Assembly (NCBI RefSeq): GCF_037042905.1
Contig: NC_087247.1
Span: 9,548,001-9,612,000, forward strand
From: Lytechinus pictus
Taxonomy: Eukaryota
Direction: 5' to 3'
DNA: 64,000 bases
The notes under the pieces were generated by a model. The model was not told the DNA's origin and ran no database searches. It saw only the letters and a program-made list of their open reading frames with translations. A program made the position numbers and the translations under genes. Positions 10,592 to 23,629 of this stretch are shown here, in pieces (within the stretch, counting starts at the first letter, position 1; the number at the start of each line of letters is the position of its first letter).

Positions 10592-13571
10592 TACATAGTT
10601 CTATGTATCTGTGGGGTGTCTGTTCTGTTATAATCACCAATCTATACTTAAACTCGATATTTATCTTTTTTATATTTATCTTTTTTAAACAATTATTTGA
10701 ATACTATTTTTCCGTATATTACATATATACCATTTTGTGCAACTAATGTGTAGTATAGGAGTCTTAATATATTTAACATAAATAAGTGTACATTCCATTA
10801 TTCATATTAATGATACATGCATTAAAACAGGGTAATTTATCAATTATCAAATTTTTGTTTGGTATCATGTGTCATCGGCTTTCAAGAAGTTTGTCTTTAC
10901 GATTTCTTTCAGCTGATTTTTTTTTAGAATTGTTCTTGAAAAAGAAAGAAAATGAAAAAGTTATATCAATATGTCGCTCCTCTCCATTCCTGTTTTAGCC
11001 CTCGTTAACTATAGCCATACCATTTTTTACCTTTCAATTCAAACTTGGATAAATTATTTTTTATCTTTCTGTCAATTTTGTGAACACATTTACAAGTTAT
11101 GGCATTTTGAAGATTTGCATTATTTCGGTGAAACAGTTCTATGTATGTCTTCATAAATATTGAATGACCAAACTGATGTCCTATGTGCAGTATAGGGCAG
11201 TGTACATAATATGTGTGAGTGCGGGTGTATGAGTGCGTGTGTGCGCGGGTGTATGAGGGAGATGTGTGTATATGTTGCGGATATGTGCGTGAGGGTCTGC
11301 CGCGCGATAAGAGGTGTTTGTCCGTATAATAATAGTGAATGCTGCTATACTTCAAACTCGCATCCATTCGTCCTTCAACATTATCTTAGCTGTATACGGT
11401 GTAAACGGCCACTTTCTGAAGTGTTTTGGAATGTGTTGAATTCTATGAAAAGTTTGGTAATTTTTAATCTCTCTAGGCATATGATCTCAACCATCTGTAC
11501 AGATATACAAGCTAGGCATTACCGCAGTATAGAACTGATAATTCAGCAGTACTCGGAGATCAAGAAAGTAACTACACAAGTTAATTTATTTTGATGCGAA
11601 ATCAGCATGTGATTCAATCAAGTGGTACTTTCTTCTGCAAAATAAACACACATGAGTAATAACAAATTCATTCACTTCTTTTCTAGTAATGATTATCCAG
11701 CATAATTTATTCAGTACTGCCGCATGTACACGTTTGTTTTTTATTGGCTACCCGAATCTGTTAAATAGCACATTACATTCTTTTTCAAAATAAATAATAG
11801 AGTCTCTTCCATTTACAATATCCGAATTGTAATACAAAATAAATTTTCTATAATATCATGAATACATACGAACGTCCAACACAGAGTCTACGATATTTAC
11901 CTGTCCTTTCCATAATACTTCAATTAACTATTCTCATCTGAAATAAGCGACAGCCTATTTTCTTTTTCACTTTTCTAAATTTTGACAAATTTTTCATGCA
12001 CGTAACAAGGAAATAATTATTTTTGGCACTCGAGCAAAAATTCTATACTCATAATTTTATGATTGTTATTTCTTGATACATTTTATACCACAAAACTCCA
12101 TGAGCATTGTTCATTAAGATGCGAATCAGCTTATTTTTTTAAACTAGATTATGTTGTAAAACAATGTGGCAACTTAATCATTTTAAATATTTTCGAAAAC
12201 ACACTTAATATCAATCAAAATATTATTTCGTCGAGAACTGTTTAACTCTACGAATTTGTGTTAATCGAGCAAGGGCATCTGTAAGTTAAAATATCATTTA
12301 AAATGTTATCCAGGCAAAAAAAAAATGAAATATCAACAACTTGATGAAAGGGAGTCTGCCATTATAGTATCCGAATGAAGTTTTCATACAGTTCAAGTTT
12401 CGTTCTACAATCCTGGTCTGCAAAAGCAATGTCAGACTAATTTTCGAGTTGACACAAAAACGTACAATGTCTAATAATTGTGCAATAATGAAACGCACAA
12501 GTCAGAATCATTTTGAAAAAAAGAAAACCCACAATGGTACCTGGGGGAGTGCTTATTGCTAGTTCAAGCGCTTAAAGGAGGTATTTCCTTTCTTCAAAGT
12601 TCAGAACAACGTTTAATCAACTTATTTCAATGCTTATCTTATTCGAAGTTACATTTGTTTCAGCTAAAATATAGGTTTGTCTACTTCATTTTAATTCTTC
12701 CTACAAAAGACAACTATTAATCCAACTACGTACGAGTTCATCTGATATTTTAATTTAGATCTCTAAAGAGTTCAGTGTATAGCTGCATGATGTTAGCGCA
12801 ATTTGTTTGGTCTTTCGAGCGTGAAATCTCTCGTTAGCTTTACAGATTCTATTCACAAAATGGATCAACATTTTTTACAAGAAGACTATATATTTTTCAA
12901 TTCCTGTCTGTAGCTCTGATGATGAAAATATTCACAACATCCTAGTTTAATATTTTATGTTACTGCTGACTACTTTAAATAAAAAAAGCATAACAGATCA
13001 ATTTTAGGTCCTACAAAACTGTAATTAGCGTTTAAAGTGGAGGTCATTATTAACTTTTTTTAATCTTTGAATCATTTAATCAGTATCATCGTCATTACTT
13101 TCACTATTGTCAAAAACTAACTAAAAACTTGAAACTTCTTTCTTCTTCCTGTTGGTATAATTACTCTTACAGTGGCCGCGGAACAGTTTAAAAGTCGGGG
13201 GAGGGCTGACCATGCAAAAAAAATCTCAATCAGATGGGTTTTTTTATGTTTGAAAATATGTGGGAAGCCCCAAGCCCCCCCCCCCCCCGGTGCCATGACC
13301 CCCGCCTTATGATACTAATCATTGTTACTTCAAATGTTATAACTCAAATAATCACCATGATCAGAACAATATTTATAGGTATGCATTATCATTGATATTT
13401 GTATGGTCAGTATTATTGATATATTGCATCTTTATTATATTTGTTTTATACTACAAAATCATACAACATTGTGAATTTTATATCAACAGAATTGAATACG
13501 AGTCAAAATGAGGAAAAAAAGTGGAAAACAATGACGCAAATTATTCCAACAAATCATTTCATTAAAGAATG

Positions 13572-13756
13572 TTATTTGTTCCTGAGAATTGCCTTGACCT
13601 TATACGGTCTTGGTTGCCTGTTCAATCCCACTACTCCTTCGAATGATGGCGTCTTGTCGGGGTCGGCAAACACGTACTTGAAGTGCTGCATCAGGGATAC
13701 GAAGAATAAAAACAATTCCATCTTGGCAAGCTGTTCTCCCATGCAGATCCGACGAC
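13572..13756 (-). CDS. Cytochrome P450 clan 2 (CYP2-like), exon 6 of 6
   Basis: (G)RRICMGEQLAKMELFLFFVSLMQHFKY...QPRPYKVKAILRNK*; AG acceptor at 13758-13757. Confidence 0.93.
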
Positions 13757-14678
13757 CTATTCATTTAGATTTGAAAAAAAAAGGATAAAATTACGAACAT
13801 AGAGGGCAAATGCGAAATGTTACCAGTAAGGAATTGATTCACCTCCCTGCAACAAAGCGCATGGGGTGTGACCTGTTTGTTTTACCACCCTGTTGAATAT
13901 TACTTCGTTTTTGTTAGTATTCTTTATCCAGATTTATGATGAAAAATACGTAGAGAACGTACAAAAGAAATAAGAATTGAATGTTCAAAGAAAGTATACA
14001 AGGTAAACAGCCATGAAAACCGACATGATTCCTCAAAATGCCTCATTTTCAGGTTAATTGTTTTCAAAACTTCCAGCTTACGCTTCGCGCTCGCATTATT
14101 GATCGAATCCGTAGTATGTAGAAATAAAGATAACATATACTTAGAATTTCTGTATTAACCCTAACTTACATGGAGGGCCTTTTCACCTCCCCCTCCCTCA
14201 ACATTTTCGCGATATATCTGCTACGCGAAATTTTTTGACCGCGCAACTCGCTGACTTTTTACTTTCAAGTCTCGCGCAACTTTAAAGATCAAATTTGGGA
14301 CGTCGGGCACACGGTTACAAAATTACGCAACATTATGTAAGTGCATGTCGGACCACAAAATTTTTTGCTAAAAAATGTATATATCATGTACAAAGTCAAT
14401 GCAAAATCTGATTCATCTAAAATTCATAAATGAGTGATTATTCTCACTTTTTATTAACAATAGTCATTTAATTTGATGCTACTTTTGACTGAAATAATAT
14501 CCCCGATTAATTTTGTCGAAAAAAAATAATAAAAAAGAAATACATAGGAAATAAAAAAAACAATAAAATACATAAGAAATCGATTTTGGTATCGGATTTT
14601 TGGAAATTCATAAAAAAAAATTCTATGAAAGCCTAAAGAGGAACATATCCCTTTTGTTATTCTTGATGCCATTCTTAA

Positions 14679-15278
14679 AGGACAAGTCCACCCCAACAAA
14701 AGTTGATTTGAATAAAAAGAGAAAAATCCAACAAGTATAACACTAAATAATTTCATCAAAATCGGATGTAAAATAAGAAAGTTAAGTTATAAGAAAGTTT
14801 CGCTTAATTTCACAAAACATGTATATGCATATCCTGGTCGGTATGCAAATGAGGGGACTGATGACATCACTCACTAACTATTTCTTTTGTATTTTATTAT
14901 ATGAAATATTCTAATTTTATCCTCATTGTCCTGTGAAACAAAGTTTTATTCCTCCCTAAACATGTGGCATTACCATTGTTATATCATATTATCGTCCAGT
15001 TAAGTTGGTCCTTGATGTCAAAATGGTAAAAAATGAAATATTGTATAATTCAAACAATAAAAAACAAAAGAAATAGTAAGTGATGGACATCATCGACTCG
15101 CTCTATTACATGAATGCACTGATTTGTGCATACAATTGTTTTGTGAAAAATAAGCGAAACTTTAAAATGTCATAACTTTCTCATTTTACATCCGATTTTG
15201 ATCAAATTTTCAGCATTATGCTTGTTTAATTTTTCTCTATTTATTCAAATCAAAAATTTTCTGGGATGGACTTGACCT
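14679..15278. mobile_element. 600-bp TTAA-flanked MITE, family B copy 1 (CYP intron 5)
   Basis: TTAA-aggacaagtccacccc ... gatggacttgacct-TTAA; other copies at 44028-44631 and 60831-61414. Confidence 0.85.
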
Positions 15279-15301
15279 TTAAGTCTACATTTTACACTTA
15301 C

Positions 15302-15420
15302 CAGCTGAGAAGGGCAAGAAACTATCTTGATGAGCAACCTTCGTCCCGTCTTTGTTGAGAAATCTATGCGGATCACATTTATGAGGGTTGGGCCAGTCTA
15401 CTGGGTCGCGAAAAAGAGAC
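15302..15420 (-). CDS. CYP2-like exon 5 of 6
   Basis: (W)SLFRDPVDWPNPHKCDPHRFLNKDGTKVAHQDSFLPFSA(G): PxRF meander and PFS.G; gtaagt donor. Confidence 0.92.
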
Positions 15421-15836
15421 CTTCATGGATTGTAAAGAAGAAGTCAAGAAAAAAAAAGTGTATAAAGATATTATGATGATATTTCTAGTAATAACATTTT
15501 TTGCTTCTCATTTTTCGAAGACAATGGCGAATAAATTGATAAATTAAAAAAAATATCAACCAAAATAAAGAGTTTTATGCCCAAACACGCACACGTATTC
15601 ACTCAACAAAAATACATTTGGAAATAAAATGTCTATCTGATTAAATCAATCTCAAAGGAGACAATATTTTATAGTCTTGGATAGATTCCAGTGACCATTA
15701 CATTCGGATCGCTGATATTGACACTCGCATGGCCCATCAATGGACAACAGGGTTACAACTTAAAAAACAAACTCAAATAATTATGAGATGATTGTATTTT
15801 GGTCTTATGAAGGTGGTAAACCCGAGGCGTACCTAC

Positions 15837-16018
15837 CACATGTTGATCCACACCCTTGTTCCTTTGGGTATGTGGTACCCTCCAAGCATCGAATCCCGGA
15901 ATGCAGCATGGGGATTGATTGGTACCACGCTAGCTAACCTCTGTAGCTCCATCAACGTCGCTTCTGTGTAGGGCATTGACCCTCGATGTGATAAACATAC
16001 GAGGTCTCCACCGATCAC
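15837..16018 (-). CDS. CYP2-like exon 4 of 6
   Basis: VIGGDLVCLSHRGSMPYTEATLMELQRLASVVPINPHAAFRDSMLGGYHIPKGTRVWINM(W): K-helix ExxR and GYxIPKGT. Confidence 0.93.
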
Positions 16019-17051
16019 CTAAACAGGAGCAAATTTCCCACATTATGAAAATAAAAGCGAAAAAGAAATGATTCAGAATTTTTTTTTAGCAACTGCTCTC
16101 GATACTGATACTTTGATTATTATAAAATAAATATATATTTTCGAATCACCATTTCCAGTAGTACTAACAAAAATATTTATCATCCTTATTAGATTTATTT
16201 TTAAAAATCCGATGATTTTCAATGCTTATTCATAAATTAATCACAATTGGTATTAATGAATGATATATACACAACGCGTGGATTGTTGTCTTTCATTTTA
16301 ATCAAGTTGAAATATGCATTTCTCAAGAATAAGAGAATAAAAACAGTTTGGAGACAGGGTATCAAAAATCTTTTTGTGGGAGTATCTGAAATTCAAAGGA
16401 AAAGTATGTTTTCGGAGAAATTCATATTCTGACAAAAAAGCGAGGAAATATAATATTAACTTCCGTTTGTTTGAATTGGGGCTTTCATCTCCATGATTTT
16501 TTAAAAAAGAATTCGTTTTTACTTCCAAACACACCTGGCAAAAGACTTGATGCATGCCTGATCGTCAACAAAAACGTATTGGGTGAAAATTCAAATTTTA
16601 ACTCTGTTAATTGTAACGATGGGCTGTCATTTAGTTAAGTCTTTATTTTCGTAAAATGATGGAAATACAAACTTTACTTAAAACATATAGAATATCATAT
16701 TAATGAAACACATAAGAAATGAATATGCGACATCATCGCGATGATGTTGCATATTCATTTCTTCATTTCTTCGGTTCCATCGAATGCATGATAACATGAT
16801 GTATAATGTGTAGGTCATATACATGTATAACAAATTCGTAAAAATATGCGACCCTCAAGAATGCCATGAATTTCGTATTTTACATCCAATTTTTTATTGA
16901 ATTTTCACTGTTATGCTTGCTTTATTTTTCGCTTTTGTTATATGTTCATATCTTCTTGTTGAGTGGGTTTTGCTTTCAAATTGATTTTTTACAAGTTTAA
17001 TGACATTATTCATAGATCTCAAACATTCGAAAGCAAGTATTTCTCCATTAC

Positions 17052-17573
17052 CTCCTGTATTTCTGCTTGCACTTGCCCTTGAATATCTGGATATGCCGCC
17101 ATATAAAGAATAGCCCAACATAATGTGGTAGAGACTGTATCTGACCCGGCGATAAACAGATCTGACAAGACAACTTTGAGTTCTTCATCGTTGAAATGCA
17201 CCGGGTCTTTCTTAGCTTGAAGAAGGTACGCGTCAATAAAATCTAACACATCGTGTTCTTGATTCGCGGCGGTTGTGTTTGAAAGTCTCGTCTTGTGTTC
17301 GTCAATCTTCCCGCCAAAATAATTGAGCATGTTTTGAACAGACACGTGGTTTCGCTGCCATCTTTCCTTGTAAATATAGGCATGTTGGAGGAAGGGGAAA
17401 ACCATGACCTCTACTTCTGCTCGGAATCCCATAATGCCTCGCAGGTAGTCCATGAGCTGATGGAATTCCGGGTCGTTGTGCTCGAAGCGATGTCCAAATG
17501 TAAGTCGGCAGATGACGTTGGATGAGTTGGTCGCCAGTGGCCCCTGCGGATCGAAAGGCTGGCTCTTGTATGA
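17052..17573 (-). CDS. CYP2-like exon 3 of 6
   Basis: ttgcag acceptor; PFDP...NVICRLTFGHRF...DFIDAYL...DLFIAGSDTVSTTLCW...QVQAEIQE; I-helix AGxDT; 522 nt, phase 0/0. Confidence 0.95.
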
Positions 17574-17639
17574 CTGCAAAGAACAATTAAAATTTAAATG
17601 GTTGCTGTTAAAAAGGGCTAATGATGATAACATTCTGTT

Positions 17640-17692
17640 TTTATATAGCGCTTAATACATCGGAACGACGTGTCTAAGCGTTTTACAGATAC
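17640..17692 (-). mobile_element. SINE/LINE 3' tail fragment
   Basis: Reverse complement of the tail at about 355-405. Confidence 0.55.
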
Positions 17693-19699
17693 TGTTGGCA
17701 AATTGCACATTTAAGATTTCACAATATATTTGTAAACAATATGAGTGCATTTTAGGAATGGCAATAATGTTTTTACCCATATCATTTAGTGGGTTTGCAA
17801 AATGGAAATATCATTATTATTAAGGATATTACCTTTGTGACATTTATCATTTTCCGATTGCCCTGTTCCATGCTGAATGTGTAAAGTAATGAATTTCAAA
17901 GGAGAAAGCAGCACAGTTTCTTGCTCGATCGCTACGCTCCCTCGCACACGTAGGCATATAACTATTCGTCGACTGCAATCTCTTTTGGAAAACCATGTTG
18001 AGGGGTTCAATGTGATTATTTCCATCGGGGTTAGGTTGCAAAAAATATTCCATTCAACAAAATAAGGGCCCTATTTCACACCGTGTTGGAGGCTATATAA
18101 TTATTTGATTTCGCTGATAAAACACAGTTTTCCTGCATGGTCGTTAATGTACGCGCCCTCGCACATACACGATCGTTAATTCCTTTATTGGAAATGACTG
18201 TTGTGTATTATATTGTTGTTCGAATGGTTAAAATAATCGATTTTCTCACTATGCTCTCTCGTATATTTCTAGGATGCTGTCACAAACCTTCACCCATGTT
18301 GCGATTATTGTACGCTTGGCCATCCCTTATTTTATAATGTAGTGCGAAACATCCAAATTGTATGCCCGAGAAAAAAAAGGGGGCAAAGTACTTGTAAATT
18401 TAAGGAATACATATTGTATTACACATTGTACTAACAAATCTATTTTCTTTGAAGTTTGTTTTAGCTAATTTTGATTTTCATCGTAGAACGAGTACCATGT
18501 TTTGCTTGATAAATGGACACCCCTAAAAGAACTTACGGGTCAAACTCACCTGGTGGTTTAGTGCATCTCTATTTGAAATGATTAACGATTACATAGTATA
18601 ACTGGCAATAATGGACGTGTCTAATTTGGAAAAGAGACTCGTGGGACATTTCCATTTGCAATTTGTTTTCTATAACGTTGATGTGTTCCGAACACGTTTT
18701 AACCTGCCAATCGACAAATCGTGTTTGACAATGTAAAACAGACATAGATATGTAAATAAACTACCTTTGAGTGATGTGCACTCTCCGTATTTCATTGGTT
18801 TAACAAGAAAAGTAACCTGTAGAATCTTGACATCTTTGATTGTTTAGTTTGTTCACTGCACTTTTTACACCATCATATTAAGAGTAACATCTCAATCGGA
18901 CTTATTGCAGTTCAATCTCGCATTTCTCACAACAAAAAAGCCTGCAGGCTAACTTTCGACATTTTAAATTTAAAATTAGGAATGACATCCGCCCTGCGCT
19001 CAATGAATTAACGAGAGAGCAGTGAAATAAATGAAAAGTAAAATGGAAATTTTCATTTATCTTCTTTACTTTTCATAAGACGTAAAGGTGAGCGAACGCC
19101 TTCACCATATTCAGAGGTCAACTCCAAATGACAGGAGCCATCATTTTCGTTTCTTTAATGAAATAAATTTCTTATTGCTCATCTTAAAGTCAATTTGGAT
19201 TTTAATTATCGTTATGTGACGGAAGCACACCATACTTTGACGAGATAATAACGGCATTTCAAAAATAAAGTTAGTCGGAATTGTGAAGGTCGGAACGAAC
19301 AATTCTAAGTGACAGCTCAGATAAAAGATTTGTATCTTTTTAGTTGATATGAAAAAATTACAATCGGTCGAACAAGGAGAAAATAATTTGTGTAGTTTGC
19401 TGAAAATATATATATAGGCCTATCCGTTCACTCTTAATTTCAAGTCTGCTGTGGTGTACGCCTGTAATCCAAGCTGCATTGGAGAATTTACAATTTGATG
19501 CAGAGGTTAGAGGTTCGAGCCTCTGGTCACTTCTAGTTCGGATGGTTATATTAAAGGTGGGCTCCCACACATAAATAACCCTTACTATCTGATTGAAAAA
19601 TTTCGCACAGACCGCACGCACATACACTCAAACACACACACACCCAGACATCGTCAACACATAACATGCACATACGCTTATGGATTTAAGATAATTCCA

Positions 19700-19858
19700 G
19701 GGGCCGTTTCATAAAGCTGTTCGTAAGTTAAAAACGACTGGTGAACCTTTCTTACGCGCTTAACCATCGCCTATGAATATACCATTACCACAAGAAAGGA
19801 TCACCAGTCGTTCTTAAAGTCGCTCTTAACTTACGAACAGCTTTATGAAACACCCACC
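19700..19858. mobile_element. Short palindromic MITE
   Basis: gtttcataaagctgttcgtaagtta / taacttacgaacagctttatgaaac inverted repeats. Confidence 0.75.
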
Positions 19859-19995
19859 ATATCTTCTATGAGTAGTGACTAGTTGACATCTTGATGTGGA
19901 TTATTAAAGATCTGATCATCTTATTTAAAATGAATCTAAATCTATGCAGTTAGACTGGTCATTATCCACAGCCGATATGGAACTACTTTAATTTC

Positions 19996-20217
19996 GATGA
20001 CACGACATTTGCTCTTGCGACAATTGCTCCGGGCTTTATTTCGTCTAAGATGTAGGGTTAGGGTTATAGGGTTGCAATAGGGATTTATGTTACGTTTAGG
20101 GATACATACTAAATAACATTAGGATAGGGTATGAGATCCAGGGTTGAATTTGGTCATTCCGTTAATATGTGGAATTTACAACGGAGCAATCGTCGCCGGA
20201 GTATATGTCATGGAACC
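19996..20217. mobile_element. Non-autonomous DNA element with 8-bp TSD and internal TTAGGG-like repeats
   Basis: TSD ttaatttc at 19988-19995 and 20218-20225; imperfect TIR gcgacaattgctcc / ggagcaatcgtcgc; internal gggttagggtta. Confidence 0.7.
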
Positions 20218-20264
20218 TTAATTTCCTGTTATGTATGGACGGGTGTTTGGTAGCTTTAATTTAC

Positions 20265-20407
20265 CGTGAACTGTTTGATCATGTCCTCTACCTCTTCTTG
20301 TATAATAGGTTCTAGCGCTACTTTCCCGAAGCCCATCCCTCGTAAAGTGGTGTGGGCGAAGTGACGTTGCTGTGCCCATCCATCTGTGCAACGCGATACA
20401 AAGATTC
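20265..20407 (-). CDS. CYP2-like exon 2 of 6
   Basis: tttctcag acceptor; GIFVSRCTDGWAQQRHFAHTTLRGMGFGKVALEPIIQEEVEDMIKQFT contains C-helix WxxxR; not in the ORF track. Confidence 0.92.
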
Positions 20408-21040
20408 CTGAGAAAATCAAAGGAAAATATGGAAATATTTACACACATCAGAATCAAGTTCTAGACAATGCACGATACAACTAAAGAGAAAACAGGATAA
20501 TTTAAATAAATAAATAAATAAATAGATAAATCTATCGATCAGACAAGAACTCATGACAATGAACTCATACTGAATCCCCGTTGGCATGGTTACGTAGCAA
20601 TCAAAATCAATCAACAATAGCAATCAACAATAAACAAGTTCTTCGTGCGATCATTCATATGACGCCTTGTTGATTGTATATTTTTACTGTTTTATTTCTG
20701 GGTTTATTTCTAAAAATCCAAACCAAATTCACTTCATGTATGGAAAACGGTTTTTTTTCTCTCTCTCGATTGGAGTGAATTGAATTGGTTTATACACAAT
20801 GAATGGAGTGTCATTAATCGCTGGTCATCAAACAGAAAGATTCATTACAATAATAAATCAATAAATCAAATTATACATATATACGTAGAAAATGGTGTTT
20901 AAAGAGCAACTTCTTGATTTTCCAATTATAACACTAAGATGGCGGATTGCAAAAGAAAGTACGTACGTTATAGGACAGATATAAACGTGCTCGCATCAAC
21001 AGAATTCATCTCGAATATAAACAGAATATAAGGCAGTTTC

Positions 21041-21632
21041 GGAATCCAACCCAAATAAAAACTTGTTTGTATAAGGAAAAGAAAAATCAGACAAGTTGAT
21101 AGGTGAAAGTTTGAACAATATGGGACAAACAACAAGAAAGTTATGAATTTTTAAAAGTTTTAAATATTGGTAATCACTATACCCATGGAGACTTCAAATT
21201 GGCCGCATATGGGATGTCATAGTGATGTAAGGCAAGGACTACTCTTCCATGTACTCCAATACATATTATGGCTAAAATGTCATTTTTCCCAAAAGTTTTA
21301 TTTAAAATTATATTTTTCTTTCATGAGGACATAAAACAATATACTACATGGGTTATATTTGGATTACTGCCCCAGGGGAATGGGTACTTAGGAGAAAACC
21401 ACAAATCCCTGACAATAAAGTACATGGCCTATGGGAAAGTTGTCCTTGCCCCTTGTCACAATTTACTTACCCAGTTGCCAATTTGAAATCTACATAGTAT
21501 TAGTGATCTCAATTTTAAAGCAGCTATAACTTTCGTATTGCTTGTCCGATTTCTTTCAAAGTTTCACCATTCTGTTTCATTTATTTTTCTCCTTCCCCAC
21601 ACAGCATTTTATGGCCAAGGCTGGATTCCCCT
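21041..21632. mobile_element. TTAA-type MITE, family C copy 1
   Basis: Reverse complement of 50311-50905; ends ggctggattcccct-TTAA. Confidence 0.85.
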
Positions 21633-22465
21633 TTAAGTAATCCTCGATCCTGATCGTATAGTATGCACTGGAAGGTGACAAATATTAAATGTTTTTATCT
21701 CAGAGAATTTTCAAAGCGGAGCGCTGCTGATGTTTAACTCTACATTCCTGATATCAGTAGTAACATATTATCTCTTTCTCATGCACACTCTCTCTTAAAT
21801 ACAATATATATCCCCCTTTCGTCCTCTCTCCCACCCTACCCCTCCCATCCCCTCTCTCCTACCCCCCTCCCCTCTCCCTTCGAGGTCTTAAATTAATATA
21901 TATCCAATAACGTATACAGAATATTCATGTTTACAGTGGTGACATGTGAAGTAAATATGCCTGACACAATATACAGGGTTATAGGTTGTTGGCAAAAAGT
22001 AGATCTATATTTTGTCCCATAAATACATGAAATATTCCATCATCTTATCAGACTTCGGTCGTACAGTCAGTTCAATGGTTAAAGTACATTGTACAGCTAA
22101 AGCGGCATCAAGCATTTTTACGAATAGTAGAAATCATGATGATGTTTAGAGCCTCGCTGAATATATTGTGATCGATGATGATTATCTCTAATAGCCCGTT
22201 CACGGCAACATTGATGGGGGGGGGGGGGAGTAAATCCACTTTAGAACAGAGTTATAATATGAAAAATCATCATCTCGTGAAATAGACCGCTCCATGGAAC
22301 TTCGTATGAACTTCGACAACAATGGGGGTAGTTATGATTTATAACACGTGCTACAAAAAGGAGGAAAATGAGCTTGATAAAGGGTTTTTTCTGGTTGGTG
22401 ACATTCGGGAGAGGTCTTTGCTCTTTTCTCACCTGACCCCCCTGACCCAGTCGTTGTTCTCCGAC

Positions 22466-22809
22466 CTCATTCCGATCAAAATCATAGGTTGGATCAAAGA
22501 AGTTTAGTCTTCTTGCAAGACCTGTATAATTAGTGATTCTGTTTCTGTTTATGGTAACTCCCGCAGGATCTCGGCAGGACAGCATTTTGCTGGTAAACAC
22601 CAACCTGGTATATAACCAATTACCTAGGAAACATTTTACGTCTAGGTTAACTCATTCCGATCAAAATCATAGGTTGGATCAAAGAAGTTTAGTCTTCTTG
22701 CAAGACCTGTATAATTAGTGATTCTGTTTCTGTTTATGGTAACTCCCGCAGGATCTCGGCAGGACAGCATTTTGCTGGTAAACACCAACCTGGTATATAA
22801 CCAATTACC
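22466..22809. repeat. Direct duplication, 159 bp x2 with 26-bp spacer
   Basis: 22466-22624 matches 22651-22809. Confidence 0.9.
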
Positions 22810-22899
22810 AATTTGATGTATCGCACCATCGATAGGACTATTTCATTATACCGGATATTTGTTTTTATTTTATTCCTGTCATTTAATTTCATCATATTT

Positions 22900-23195
22900 T
22901 ATTTTCCCATCTATATCATGTCGCCGATCTGTGCAAGTCAATGAATTCTCTAATTTCTTAAATTGTTATTACATAATCATTCTTTAACATGATAGGGGAT
23001 CCACGCTCTACAAGCAGTGCTTCTGAGTAGATCCCCTCCTTTCAAAACATTTTTACAATATTTTGCACAAGCATTTTTTTAAATCATGAATTTATGTTAT
23101 TGTACAATTTTTATAACTGATGTGTATGTAATTGATGTGTAGTTATATTTTATTTGTGATGGAAATGAAATAAATTTATTGAATCTTGAATCTTG
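22900..23195 (+). mobile_element. LINE 3'-UTR fragment
   Basis: Hairpin ggggatccac...tacaagc...gtagatcccc homologous to the LINE 3' UTR at 34783-34826; ends gaaatgaaataaa plus (gaatctt)n. Left boundary approximate. Confidence 0.65.
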
Positions 23196-23345
23196 GATCA
23201 TATTATTGAACGTAAGAAATCATGCAAGTGCATACCGTATAATACTTTCACATCCACCTTAGATGAATATGTTACATCATCGCAAAGATGTAAGAAATCT
23301 AGCAACTTATTTCGATTCAACATATTTGCATTCCCCTTTCTTATA

Positions 23346-23629
23346 CAGTGGCGTAATAAGCCAAATATTTTGAGGGGGGCTAGATATAGCGTATGGCATA
23401 AAAATTTATAAAGAGTTGTGAGCGATCGAAGCGAGCGAGCAAAAAATTTTTTTTTTTACATTTTTATTGCAAAAATCAATTTTTTGTGATAGATATTGAC
23501 ATAATATTCAGAAATATTAACCTATTTCACCCTTCTCTCTTTCCCTTTTCCCCTTTTCTCGTTTTTTTTCTTGGTCGTGAAAAAGGGGGGCAAGAGCCCC
23601 CTCTCCAGCCCCCCATATGTACGCCAATG
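23346..23629. mobile_element. hAT-like MITE
   Basis: cagtggcgta ... tacgccaatg termini with G/C runs inside. Confidence 0.55.

Noticed and set aside
21268-21486. Near-identical 72-aa ORFs here and at 50457-50675
   Set aside because: Both lie within copies of the same non-coding MITE.
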